Below are positions 37,783 to 51,077 of a DNA stretch of 64,000 nucleotides, piece by piece. Numbering within the stretch: the first letter of the stretch is position 1; each line of letters begins with the position of its first letter. The stretch comes from Massalongia carnosa (taxonomy: Eukaryota). The stretch covers positions 1,240,001 to 1,304,000 of the forward strand of contig OZ287081.1 of assembly GCA_965645245.1 (NCBI GenBank). The letters run 5' to 3'. Below the pieces are notes generated by a model. The model had not been told where the DNA came from and searched no databases. It worked only from the letters and a program-made list of their open reading frames with translations. The position numbers were made by a program, and so were the translations under genes.

Positions 37783-38943
37783 CACTAACGAGTGGTGGAA
37801 AAGGCGAGGGACGAAAGAAAGTTGGCCCGGCCCTAATTAGGTCCACACAATGATAACCCGCCCCCATCTCAACACTAGACCTAACTTGAGTTACAATTAT
37901 TTTTACATCGTGATGATCGTGGGACTCCTGTAAGTTGTCGTGCTTCTCAGCTTGCCCCGGCACCTGTACTCTGTACTGTGTATGCTGGCTGTGGATGAAA
38001 CGCGCTTTCCCTTCCCGGATTAAACGAGATTGAGCATAATCGGCATTGGCGACCTAGACTAAGGGAACTGAACTCTCAAGGAATACCAGCCTACCAGCCA
38101 CTGAGAATCCGCTCCACCTTCAAACCACCTCATCGTCACTTGTTCCCACCCTCCCATCCCCCTCCCACCATTTCCCCCCCCCCCCTCCCCCCCCCCCGGC
38201 CAGGCCGTACCATCGGCTTCTCGAGGCCTCCTTATCGGCGTCAACTCTTCCTGATGAACGCTCGCCAGCGTCGTTCTTATTCGTCGTAGCCTGTTGACCT
38301 ACTGGGTTCTCCTTTCGTCAATTGGTATCGGTTGACTTTTTTTCCGGTGCGAATCTGTCCTTTGGGCCAAAAGCATTCCCTCAACCATCGACCTCGATTC
38401 ACCGATTTATCGTGAGTGTTGCTTAATTGGTATGTTTGGCATGACGATGGGTCAGCTCTTGGTCGATGCTAATTTTTTGGGGGGTGTAAGTAAACAGAGG
38501 CTAAGATCAATCCCCAACGTCAATTCTTTTCCCTATTCGACGAGTCAACTCAATATTCAATACTCATATGACCTTGCGAGTGTATCTCGTAACAGAAGGT
38601 GACATTCGTTACCGGTGAATCTTCTTGCCTCTTCCGTTGGCAGATACAGCAGGAATTCACCCCTACCACTACCGTCAATCATCGCTACAAACATCCTCGA
38701 AGGCAAACGTGAATCGCCAAGAACATCAAGATCAACATCAACATCTACATCGCGAGTGTAAACAAACAATCGAAGCAGCGCAAACAGCAACATTTGCGTA
38801 AAGACATCGTTGCTCTTCTGCCCTGCCAAAGTACCGTCGTACTTGGAATACTCCTAAATACATTCCCGAAGCATCTATAGCTTAACTTAACGTTCTTAAG
38901 CTAAAGTTTGTGGGCTGCATCTGGCAGACGGCAATCGACTACG

Positions 38944-41900
38944 ATGCAAGTAGCTTCTCAGCATACGCAAGCACCGATTCCAAGCGGTGCATACGGAATA
39001 GATTCGCCCTCCATGTCACGACGTCAATACTCTCAGCAGTCGCCACAACCCGCAGATGTAGATCGATTTCAATCTTCAAGGTCAACAGCCTCGCCGCCGT
39101 CTACTCGGCGACCGTCCAAACGACCAAGCGGCAATGCGACTCAGCCGAATGATCCGGATACATACCAAAAGCTGCCCTATCAGTCTCCTGGAAACTCGCA
39201 TCCCTCGAGCTCTAGCACGCCTCATGTGCAAGACATGTTAGCAACCACCCGCACTTCGCCAATAGCACCCAAAATCGTAGCCTCCCCTTCTCACCAGCAA
39301 ACTCAAAAAGAGCAGCCGGTGCAGCACCGAGAGCAGCCCGGCGGACCCCCTATTCCACCTCCCCCAAGAACATCCTCGAATCAGAGGGGCCAAAATGCAA
39401 ATTTACCTACGAGCGCGCCGTTGACGGATAGAACTGCTGCTTCTCATTCTCGAACTACAACCGTCGATGATCCTCCACCATCACCGTGGACCGCTAACAC
39501 ACGAGATACGCGACAAGACAGAGAGAGACGAACGGCTTTCAGTGGAGATCAGACTAGTGGAGTTGATCAGGAACGAGGGCAGGAGGCACCCACTATATCG
39601 GGGGCGGCGGCTCAGTCACAGCGACGAGGACCGGCATCTCTGGATGGCCCACATCGAGCGGCAAGTACCCGAGAGCCAGGAGCATCGTCACCACCAAACG
39701 CGATGCAAAACCGCTCAGCTTCTCACGTCAGCGTTGTCACACCGTCTGTACGAGGCGGAAATCAGGACAGTCAAATCATCAACCGTGTTGTGGTAACTGA
39801 TCCCGAGATTGATTTAGATCGAGAACAAGAGCGGCAGGCGGAGGCTACACCCGTTCTTGGCCTGGTGGGGAGCGAAGGCGTTGAGGATGGAGCAAGAGCC
39901 ACTGGCAGGAGCAGACAAGATTATTCGGCAAGTGCATCGCGGAGAAAAGAAACAAAGTTTGGTGAATATGTGCTAGGACAGACGTTGGGCGAAGGCGAAT
40001 TTGGCAAAGTAAAGCTAGGATGGAAAAAGGATGGCAGCGTTCAGGTCGCTATCAAGCTCATTAGACGTGAGAGCCTCGGAACTAACCCCAGCCGACTCCC
40101 TAAAATCTATCGGGAAATTTCGATTTTGCAGGAGCTATCCCATCCGAATATCGTCCGTTTGCATGAGATGGCCGAGACGGACCGATATATTGGTATCATA
40201 CTTGAGTACGCGTCCGGTGGAGAGCTATTTGACTTTATCTTGAACCATCGGTATCTGAAAGACAACGCAGCCCGGCGCCTGTTTGCCCAATTAGTCTCTG
40301 GTGTTGGCTATCTCCATAAGAAAGGGATCGTGCACAGGGACCTCAAGCTTGAGAATCTCTTGCTTGATCGGAATCGCAACATTATCATCACTGACTTTGG
40401 GTTCGCTAACACGTTTGATCCTCGCGATGAGTTGAGCGACGAGATTGAGTATAACTTGACGAACCGGGATTTTGTCAAGAGACAGGATCTGGAGCGGGTG
40501 CAGGAGAACGGAAGCAGAAAAGGCGATCTCATGCAAACAAGTTGTGGAAGCCCATGTTACGCCGCTCCTGAGCTGGTTGTTACCGATTCCTTGTACACGG
40601 GCCGAAAGGTCGATGTCTGGAGCTGCGGAGTAATATTGGTAAGGAAATGCTTTAAAAGCAGCAAGCGCAAAGGTTATGGCTAATATATTGGGTAGTATGC
40701 TATGCTCGCTGGATACCTACCATTTGACGATGATCCTGCAAATCCGGAAGGGGACAATATTAATCTTCTGTACAAATACATAGTATCGACACCACTAACA
40801 TTCCCCGAATATGTGACTTATCATGCCCGCGATTTGCTGCGAAGGATTCTGGTTCCGGACCCCCGAAAACGAGCCGACCTGTTCGAGGTCGCTAGGCATA
40901 CCTGGCTGAGCGACTATGCACATGTAGTCTTACATGTTACGAGCAGTACAACAACGATTGGTGAAGTTGCAAACACCACTATTACTTCCGGTATGCATCT
41001 TCGCCCACTTCTCCCTGACCTTGTAACAATAAGAGGTTCCCACTTTTATTCTACTTTCTGGACGGACTTAGCTAATCCATTGCCGATAGACCAACAAGAT
41101 ACGCCCTTACTAGCCCGTAGTGCTTCTGTCCGAGAACCAAGCAAAACTCATGTCCCCAACATGTCTCCTGTTGGCGGACTCACTCATCAAGGTAAAATCG
41201 ATCCGGAGCAATCTGCTGAAAAGCTAAAGCAATCGCGTGATCCCAAGCGACGAACGGTGCAGGTGGAGTATGTTGCACCTCAGTCGAAAACCACAAGGGG
41301 TGACACGACGCCTTCCGTTCAGTCGCCCGTTTCGATGGATTCGCCATCCGCTGTTGGCACTAACTTTTCAAAGACACATGCTAGGGCTGGGACTGAGGCT
41401 TTAGAAAACCTTCCACGCCAAACAAGCACTGCCAATGCAGGTCCCAAGCCTTTTCCTCGTGAACCTGCCGTCATTCAAACCTCTAGATCAAACCGGTATC
41501 AATACCAACCCGTTTCAAGCCGAGTCCCACAAGGGCCGGGCACCTTGCAGCAAGCCATGGCACCACCTCCTCGACCACCCAAGGAGATCCCTCGCTCGGC
41601 TTCGGATTCCAGCAGCGCTTTTATCACATCAACAGTAGCAAGGCCCAATACCAGCGGTTCCATGGCTTCCAGTGGGGCAGGTAGACTTCCTTCTCGGGGC
41701 AACTCATACAGCCAACCTGTAGCCCCCACTCTAGCCGCCACAAACGCACAGGGGCGGCTTGCGCAGCCTAAAAACGGGAAACAATATAACATCTCCGCGC
41801 CTATTCCCCAGCCAGAACCTTACTCTGTAGAGCAGCAATCTATGGGCCGTCCAAGTACCCAACAGAACAATCAAGCATCGTCCCTATCAGCGCAGCGAGA

Positions 41901-42870
41901 TCAGGCAAGAGGTCACAAACGTTCAAATACGTTTGGCAATGTTATTGCTAGATCAGGCTCACTCTTTACTCGTACTCAAGCACAACCACCTCCCGACCCG
42001 TACAAGCAACCGCTGGATAAAAGGTATCCACCCACAAGTATGAAAGAGCCACTGAAGTCTGACAGCCCACCTCGACAGTCTTTTGAGTCACGACGGTCGA
42101 CCTCCTTTGGGTTTGGGCGAAAGAACAGCAATCTGGAGAAAAATAGTACTCTTGAGAAGCAAGAAAAGCCAAGGCGGTTTTCCCTCTTACCAGCATCATT
42201 CTCCTTCAAAAGCTTTACCGGTACGTCAAGGGATCCATCGACTGACAGCATCTTGCCGGTATCCGAGCGAAGGTCATCAACCGTAACCCAGCCGGCGCCC
42301 CCTAGCCGAGGACAAGCTCGTCCGCAAACCATGGCCACCAGCCAAGGCCAGGATCGAGCCAACAATTACCAAAGGGAAGATACTGTCTCAGCTGGCTACG
42401 ATAGCCAACGGGAGCGCACCCGGGATATCGGTGAACCGCAGACGAGGAGGGGTGCAGCTCCGGCCCGTGGGCCGCCTCCCACGCAACAACCACACGGTGG
42501 ACGGTCTCAGTATCCCTCTCAGCAGGGATCGTCTGGTCCGCCCAGACGGCTTCAAGGGCAATCCTACCTGCTCGGCGAAACTGGGACCCCAACCGAGTCG
42601 GAGGTTTCGCTGGGTGCGGCCCAGCATCGTCCAGTGTACCCTCGTGGATTCGACAGCTCCGAAGATGAACCGCGAGTTTCAATGCAGCAATCTAGAAACG
42701 CGCGCGTGCTCACGAAGAACCATCGCCGTTTTGCCGACGCGTATGAGCAGGAAGCGGAACCGGGGCATGGCACAGGCGGTCATCATGCTGGGAGTTCTGG
42801 GGCGGCGAAGCGGGTTATGGATTTCTTCCGGCGGCGAGGAAAAGCAAGAGCAGGGGACGACCGGGTGTGA
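38944..42870 (+). CDS. Ser/Thr protein kinase, Kin4-like (CAMKL)
   Basis: TLGEGEFGKVK, VAIK, HRDLKLEN, DFG with long activation-loop insert, TSCGSPCYAAPE, GYLPFDDDPANPEGDNINLLYKYI and C-terminal SSGAAKRVMDFFRRR. Introns at ~40639-40695 and 40991-41089. Confidence 0.9.
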
Positions 42871-43537
42871 ATGTTCTTTTAGTTGACATGTTTTTTGGGG
42901 TGAAGGGGAAGGGGTTGGGTTCTCTGGCTTTTGGCTCATTCGCGCGGTTGCACCATGGACTGGAAGGGACTACGGGCTCGGTTACTCTTATCTACCTCAT
43001 TGTAATGTTACTACTTCATGTCGACCAGGGCTTGTTTTCTTGTTTGTTAGTTTTTTTTGATCGCTTGCTCTATTCTGGATATACACTGGAATCCATTGTA
43101 CAGTTTCCGGGGGGCGGGTGAATTGTTGAGTTTTTCTTGCGGCTGAGAGGAACTTGGCAGCGTGTGAATTAAGTAAGGTAATTAGATGGCGGGCGTACCT
43201 CTGTATCCATTCGTCCTTGGGGAGGCTTGCTATCAATCACACCGGGTTTTGGCATGGCCGGACGTGTACTCCATATGAGCGCAGGCTGCATCAAATGTTT
43301 TCTTCACAGTCAGCCAGTTGCGGCAACCATTTAAGTGTTGTTGCGGGGGGGGGATTGCGGTCTGTGGTGGAATGGCCGTATGGGATGAACGGTTTGAGTG
43401 AATAGGGATGGAGTGGCCAATGAGCTCCGACGCAAGGGTCGTTTGTTTCTTCGGCTCTTCTACGGAGGGATTACGTCCTTTTTGGTGCGATCCCGAAGAA
43501 CGTTTTCCCTTTTGTTTGTTGAGGTACTCTGTATGTA

Positions 43538-45256
43538 CGGAGGTTGACACGAAAAGTCCTTGGTAGCGTGCATTAGTGCTGTTTTATCGTCATGTAGAAA
43601 GAACGCTAACAATTCAATAGGGGTTTCTTATATATATTATACACTTTGACCTATGCAGCATCTTTTATTTATCAAATATCATCAAGTAAAATTTTATATG
43701 CTTCAAATCATGACATCACGAACTCAGAACAATAGTCTGACCATTGGTCAAAATTTACAAGCATTGTCTTTGATTGAACATGGCATAACAGCCAAAGTCG
43801 TTCAAGCAGTCACCGGAGTCTCCATTCAGTCTATCAGCTATCTCAAACGCAAGGCACGAGATCGAGGATATGATCCCACTGTTTCGCGAATACTGAAGGT
43901 AGAATACGTGCGAGATGCACCTCGTTCAGGATGTCCTCTCAAAGTGACGCCTGAGATAGAACAGGCCATTTTAAATAACGTTCGTCATGATCGAAATAGT
44001 AGAAGAAAATCTTCAGCCGTTTTGGAATATGAACACGAAGTTTCATCTACAACTTTCCTCAATGTTCTTCGACGCAATAATTTTCGTTCCTGCAAAACTA
44101 CTATGAAACCGGGCCTTGATTCAGCAATGAAAGAAGCTCGATTGCAATTTTGTTTGCGCTATCGTCACTGGGCTCTCGATGATTGGAAGAATGTTATATG
44201 GAGCGATGAAACCAGTGTCGTGTTGGGCTCTCGACGAGGACGAAGACTTCAATGGCGAACTCCAAACGAAAAATATGCTCAAACATGCATCCGACGTAGA
44301 TGGAAAGGATGTTCCGAGTTCATGTTTTGGGGTTCTTTTTCGTATGAAAAGAAAGGTCCTTTTCATATATGGAAGCCGGAGACAGCAGCAGAAAAACACG
44401 GCACTCAAAAAGGAATTGACAAAATCAATGAGGCACTGGAGCCTCTAGCGAAAGAAAACTGGGAATTGGAAACGGGGATGAAACGAATGGGACTGCGTAC
44501 CAAAGGAGGCCGAAAACCAGCCTGGAGATGGGACGAAAAGCATGGAAAAGTGGTCCGAAAAGGCAAAAGAGGCATCGACTGGTATCGTTATCAAAAGATC
44601 ATTCTTCTTTCCAAACTTCTACCGTTTGCCAAAGAATGTATGAAAGATCGTCTCGATACTATTGTACAGGAGGACAAGGCTCCCAGTCATGCTTCTAAAC
44701 ATCAAGACCTCGTCTTTATGGATGCAGGAGTCTTGCGTTTATTGTGGCCGGGTAATTCTCCCGATTTGAACATGATCGAGCAATGTTGGTCCTGGATGAA
44801 AAGAAAAACCACACGAAAAGGAGCACCTCGAAATCGCATAACGGCTACCAAAACATGGACTCAGTGTTGGACAAAAAGTCTGAAACAAAAACAGATTCAG
44901 CACTGGATAGAACGAATTCCACGACATATAGAGGAAGTCATCGCTTTGAATGGAGGAAATGAGTATCGAGAGGGTCGAGACAATGGTGTGATTCGACCAT
45001 ATAATACCGAAGATCGTCGCATTCGTTATTGTAAAGACATTATATCTGATGACAGTGATGTAGATTGATGATGTCATAAGTTTGTATGTAGGCCTGATTT
45101 TTAATGCATTATATCGTTTGAAAATGAGGTTGATGTACTTCGTAGAAAATACTGTGGTAGAGACGATAAATCAAATATAGAAAAGGGGCAGTGGCGCTAC
45201 GCTAAATCCTTAGTGTCATTATTAGCGCATCCAAGGACTTTTCGTGTCAACCTCCG
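43538..45256 (+). mobile_element. Tc1/mariner DD34E transposon, full length, TA TSD
   Basis: 26-bp perfect TIR CGGAGGTTGACACGAAAAGTCCTTGG at 43538-43563 and inverted at 45231-45256, with TA on both sides. Confidence 0.95.
43710..45068 (+). CDS. Tc1-like DD34E transposase, uninterrupted ORF
   Basis: PRSGCP linker, VIWSDET (D1), VQEDKAPSH (D2), WPGNSPDLNMIE (E), with 34 residues between D2 and E. In-frame upstream ATGs exist from 43653. Confidence 0.92.
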   Translation: MTSRTQNNSLTIGQNLQALSLIEHGITAKVVQAVTGVSIQSISYLKRKARDRGYDPTVSRILKVEYVRDAPRSGCPLKVTPEIEQAILNNVRHDRNSRRKSSAVLEYEHEVSSTTFLNVLRRNNFRSCKTTMKPGLDSAMKEARLQFCLRYRHWALDDWKNVIWSDETSVVLGSRRGRRLQWRTPNEKYAQTCIRRRWKGCSEFMFWGSFSYEKKGPFHIWKPETAAEKHGTQKGIDKINEALEPLAKENWELETGMKRMGLRTKGGRKPAWRWDEKHGKVVRKGKRGIDWYRYQKIILLSKLLPFAKECMKDRLDTIVQEDKAPSHASKHQDLVFMDAGVLRLLWPGNSPDLNMIEQCWSWMKRKTTRKGAPRNRITATKTWTQCWTKSLKQKQIQHWIERIPRHIEEVIALNGGNEYREGRDNGVIRPYNTEDRRIRYCKDIISDDSDVD

Positions 45257-46258
45257 TACTCTGTACGTATGATGACGGTATGATGACATCCCACCCTCCG
45301 GCAGCTACCGCGGTTAGGCTAAAGATATATCTAGAGCCCTATTAGGTTTAGCCTGATGGTGGAATGTGGGGTAGCGTAATCTCTAAGTAATGAAACGAAA
45401 CGGAAGGGTTGATACGAGTAAAGTACCGAGTATTACCTCCGCACGCTGTTGAATATGGAGACATACAAAGGTACCTACCTACCTACCTATGAACTATGCC
45501 TCAGCGGTGTCCTCTCTGACCTCATCGCATTCAAGAGACCTCTATACTCGCGCAATCAGTCAGACTGATTGGGGGAGTCTTACCTGCTTGGACCCAGTGT
45601 GGATGTAAGCTTGGTAACTACCACATCATGGCCCTCGAGTCTGCTCGACCCAATGCATGGTCTCTATTCTCCGGCAGATGCACCCAACCCGTCAAGGGCA
45701 TCCTTCCCTGGTTCATGAACTAGCACCGAAGCCAAGGTTCAGGTGTAAGTAGCCCCTCTTCTGTATGCCCGTGGAGCTCCAAATCCCTCGTTCCTCGTCC
45801 CTTCGTCCCCTCCTTCTCTCGTCTCCTCGTGCATCTATCGGGACAAAGCGCCGGTTCTGTACAGGCTCGACTTCCTGCTTGCAGGCTGATCCTTCCCGTC
45901 GAGCCCTTTTTTCATATGCGAAATGCTGCGGGACTTGTCCAGGCACGAGATGGAACGCGCCTTTCCGATTAACGTTAATACCTACCTCGCTGCACGACGT
46001 CAAGCGAGGAAGGAGGATCGCTGGGAGAGCTTCGTCATAGCTGGAGGGTGCTGGTCCTAAGGCCGAGGTTTGCGATCCGCTGGACTTAAGATGGACGCCC
46101 TCCTTCGGATCTTTGAGTACGTATTTCTCTGCTCTTCCACGGCGTCGAATTTCCTTCGCGCCTTTGAGATTGCTCCACTGGGCAGCGCCCTCTATACCCT
46201 TTTCGTTTTCTTATATCTTTTAGGCTGGCTGAGGCTACGCCCCGCACGAGGATCAATC

Positions 46259-49200
46259 ATGTTCACGTCGCCCTTGTCCATCTTCAATGTCTTTATTTTC
46301 GTCACCCTCCAGCTAAGCAAACTCTCGGCTGCTCAGAACCCATCAAACACCTTGAGTGGTGGTGCATCCAACGGAGTGGCTACCGCGTATCGACCCATGT
46401 TCACCGTACCATCCGATGCTGACAACGGCGCTCCGCTACTTCCGAACATCAATGATCCCGAAGCGGTTAATGCGCAAAGAGTCTGCCCTGGATATTCTGG
46501 ATCGAACGTGATCCGTACATCGTCAGGGCTCACGGCGACTTTGGCCTTAGCGGGAAAGCCTTGCAACGTATATGGGACTGATATCGAAACATTGAATTTG
46601 ACAGTGGGGTATCAGTCTGCGGATCGTCTTTCTGTCAAGATATTTCCCGCGATTCTTGATTCCTCCAACGCTACGCAATATCATATTCCTGACTATATCG
46701 TTCAACAGCCCATAGTGGACGCTGATGCTAGCGCCAATAGCTTAAAGGGCGACCTTGACTTCGTCTGGAGTAACAAGCCAACCTTCTCATTCAAGGTTCT
46801 CAGGATCTCGACAGGTGATGTTCTATTCTCTACCGAGGGTACGAAGATCGTTTTTGAGAACCAGTTTGTTGAGTTTATCAGCGACTTGCCGGAGAATTAT
46901 AATCTCTATGGGTTAGGCGAAACGATCCATGGTCTACGACTGGGCAACAATTTCACCAAAACAACCTATGCTGCGGATGTTGGAGATCCAATAGACTAGT
47001 GAGTCAGCGTCTTGCCATGGATTTGCCAAGTCTTAACATGGCTTAGCAATCTTTACGGCTCCCATCCCTTTTATCTAGACACACGATACTACGAAGTAGA
47101 TGCTAAAGGCGATTATTCCCTAGTAACGACTAATGAAACTGATCCCAAAGCCGAATATACCTCGTTTTCTCATGGCGTCTACAACCGGAATGCCCATGGG
47201 CAAGAAATCTTGCTGCGCCCTACCAGTATTACGTGGCGAGCAATTGGGGGGAATATCGACTTGTACTTTTACGCTGGCCCGACCCAACCCGAAGTAACTG
47301 CAGCTTATCAAAAAAGCGCCGCTGGGCTCCCTGCAATGCAACAGTATTTCACTTTTGGTTTTCATCAATGTAGATGGGGGTATGCCAACTGGTCGCAACT
47401 GCAAGATGTCGTTGACAATTATGCTAAATTCGAAATTCCACTTGAAACTATATGGTATTTCGTCCAACACCCCTCCCTTGGCGATGCTAATTGAACCTTA
47501 GGACCGATATCGACTATATGAACCAATATCGAGATTTCGATAATGATCTCAACACGTTCCCCTACACCGTTGGGGAAGAGTTTTTGTCCAAACTACACGC
47601 TAGCGGGCGCCACTATGTACCAATTATTGATTCAGCAATATATATTCCGAATCCCACCAACAAGAGTGATGCGTAAGCTGAAGCCACTCTCTTCGGTTAC
47701 TAAGCTAACAAACTATCAGGTATTCGGTCTTTGACAGCGGTAATGCAACTCACTCATTCATGACCAACCCGGATGGCAGTCTGTACATTGGCGCCGTGTG
47801 GCCAGGGTATACGGTCTTTCCCGACTGGTTGAGCAGCGGCGCTGGCCAATGGTGGATTGATGAGATGGTTACTTGGCATGAAAAGCTCGCATTCGATGGA
47901 GCTTGGATCGACATGTCCGAGGTCTCATCTTTCTGCGTAGGCAGCTGCGGAACTGGCAATATCACGCTCAACCCGGTACATCCGCCATTTGGATTGCCAG
48001 GAGAGCCTGGAAACGTCATATACAGTTATCCCGAAAATTTCAGCCTGACCAACGGCACCGAGGCTAAATCCGCTGCGGCTGCTTCAGCAAGTCAATCAGC
48101 AGCTCAAAACAAGGGCGCCCCTGCCGCACCTGCGCCCACATCTACCACATATCTCAAAACCACGCCAACCCCTGGCGTTCGGAACGTGAATCACCCGCCA
48201 TATGTGCTAAATCACGTGAACGGCGACCTAGCAGTGCATGCTGTTTCGCCCAATGCTACGCATCAAGACGGCACCGAGGAGTATGACTTTCACAACCTTT
48301 TCGGCCATCAAATTCTCAACGCCACTTACTATGCCCTTTTGGCCGCGATTCCAGACAAGCGCCCCTTTATCATCGGGCGCTCCACGTTCGTGGGAAGCGG
48401 GAAATGGGCTGGCCACTGGGGCGGAGACAACGCCTCTTTGTTCGCATACATGCTCTTCTCCATCTCGCAGGCCTTGTCCTTCTCCCTCTTCGGCATCCCC
48501 ATGTTCGGTGTCGACACGTGTGGCTTCAACGGCAACAGCGACGAAGAGCTATGCAATCGCTGGATGCAGCTTTCTGCCTTCTTCCCCTTCTACCGAAACC
48601 ATAACGTTCTCAGCGCCAACTCGCAGGAAGCGTACGTGTGGTCTAGCGTCATCGATGCTTCCAAGAAGGCCATGAATATTCGCTATCAGCTTTTGCCGTA
48701 CATGTACACCCTCTTCTATCTTGCTCATGAGACCGGCAGCACCGTGATGCGCGCTCTTGCGTGGGAGTTTCCTAATGATCCTTCCCTTGCGGGCGCCGAT
48801 CTGCAGTTCTTCCTTGGCCCTGCGATCTTGGTCACCCCCGTGCTAGCCCAAGGCGCTACGACTGTCGATGGCGTCTTCCCCGGCGTAGGCAAAGAGGAGG
48901 TCTACTATGATTGGTACACGCAGGCTCCTGTCAAGGCTGAGGCAGGTAAGAACATAACCATTGAGGCACCGCTGGGCCATATTCCGGTTTATGTTCGAGG
49001 CGGTTATGTTCTCCCGACGCAGGAACCTGCGTTGACAACACGCGACTCGAGGAAGAACCCTTGGGGCCTTTTGGCCGCTTTGGGGGTCGAGGGTACCGCG
49101 AGGGGCAGCTTATACGTGGATGATGGCGAAAGCCAGGTCCAAAATGCAACGCTTTATGTCGAAGTATTTTCCCTCCCTTTCCTAAGGACTACATCCCTGC

Positions 49201-49485
49201 GAATTAGGCTTGCATGTGACTGACCTCAACCCACCTTAGTTCGTCGCCTCCCACAAGTCCCTCTACGCCTCCGCACGAGGCACTTACAAGGATGCCAACC
49301 CGCTCGCTAACGTCACTGTGCTGGGCGTGCGCGAGGCCGTCAGCGCCGTCTCGCTGAATAACGCGACGGTCGCCTCAAGCTGTTTTAGCTACGATGGCAA
49401 GAGCCAGGTTTTGAAGGTTACGGGGTTGGAGGCGCTGACGAAGGAAGGGGCTTGGAGTGGGGATTGGATGCTGCAGTGGGCGTAG
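46259..49485 (+). CDS. Secreted glycoside hydrolase family 31 alpha-glucosidase
   Basis: Signal peptide, NLYGLGE, FGFHQCRWGY, nucleophile motif WIDMSE, acid/base motif HWGGDN, RWMQLSAFFPFYRNH. Four introns. Confidence 0.95.
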
Positions 49486-51077
49486 CGATTGGGTGAGTTA
49501 GAAGACGGTGGAATGGAGGGGGCTTCATGGAAGAGGTTTTTGGGGGGGTAGGTTGAGTAGGGAACAAGGGAGGTTTCCAGAGGAAAGGTTTTTGAAAAGT
49601 TGCGATGCTCGCATCCTTATCGAGGAGAATATTTGAAAGGGAACGAGAGGGTTGGTGTGTACATATAATCGACCATATTAAAAAACGGAGAAGCACATAA
49701 GTACATAGAGACATGTAGGATAATAAATGATCTTTTAACGCCCGTCATTCTCTGTCTATCTTTTGGCCCAAGACCGGACCTAGCTAACATCATGAGGATA
49801 TCACGGGGTTTGCCACGTATCTGCGTAGGCGAGAGGTCGACAAATGTCGAGTCGAATATACGGATCAATTTACCCATTGACTGATAGAATACCTATTTGG
49901 TTTACCCCCTTTCCTTTTGTTTTCTTCTTCTTCTTCTTTTTTTCCCTTTGCTCAAATCCCAATCGGAAAGCTTCGTTTTTCGTTTGTAATTTGTAACATG
50001 GAAATAGAAATAGAGGAATATCAAGAAAAAGGTAGGACGAGATACCGAGATACCTACCTAGATACCTACCTAGATACATAAACTAACCAGATACACCCAT
50101 TAACCGAATAGATGCGGTTCCCCCCTTTCTTGATTAAATAATAAGCAATTAAGTAGATAAGTAAAAAAAAAACCCCCCCCCAGTTAGGAAAGATAAAAAC
50201 CTTTTTTTTTTCATCGATCGTTCTCTTCTCCCTCCCCCTATCTGGATGGAATAACTAGGAGGGAGCCACAGGTAAGAGAGTGTTGATCTAGGTAATCTCT
50301 ATACTTTATTTTACATATATGGGTACGTATACTGCTACCTATACACTCTCGTAACGTGATGTAAAGTAGAAGCGAAGCGAGAAGGGGGAAATGCCCGCTC
50401 TAGCAATTGTCCTTCTACTCAAATATCTCGATTTCTCCCTTCACCTCTAAAAGCTTAGAGTTGAAGACGAGGAAACGAAAACGAAAAGTAGCAAAAACGA
50501 CTGACAACTGCGCCAACCTGCATCTATCTTTCCTTGCGGTGCTTTTCTGCCTATTCGTTGCTTGCCAGTACCTGCTCGGAGGAGGTCGAGGCTGTGGCTC
50601 TTTCGTTTCAGTCGTATACGGGGGGGTTGGTGAAGGTAAATGTCTAGTCCGGGAGGAAGGGAGTTAGGTACGAGGTGGTTAGGTGTAACGAGCTATATGC
50701 TGGGTGGAGGCGGCTCCGAGCTTCTTTTCGTAGCTGAGATTTGGGGTTCATGGAGTTCTGAGCTTGGAGGTAGAGGGAAATACCGCCTGAGGAAGAAACC
50801 GTGGCGTTCTGTTTGTATAGCATAATGGTTCGTTCATTGGGCATCAGATTGGACGTGCATGGACGAGGCGGTTGTGGTGGGTCTGCCTAGCCCTTTGCAT
50901 AGGCTTTGGAAGACGAACACACGGGAGGTTTGGGCCGGGATATAGTTCCTGCTCTCAAGTTTTCCGAAAGAGAGAGCTGTAGTTCGCACAGCGCGCTCCT
51001 AAAAGCGTAGAATAGGGAAGCCTGAAAACTCGAAGTCGTCAAGGGTTCTCCAACAGGGTTTCATCCGTTGAATTCGG

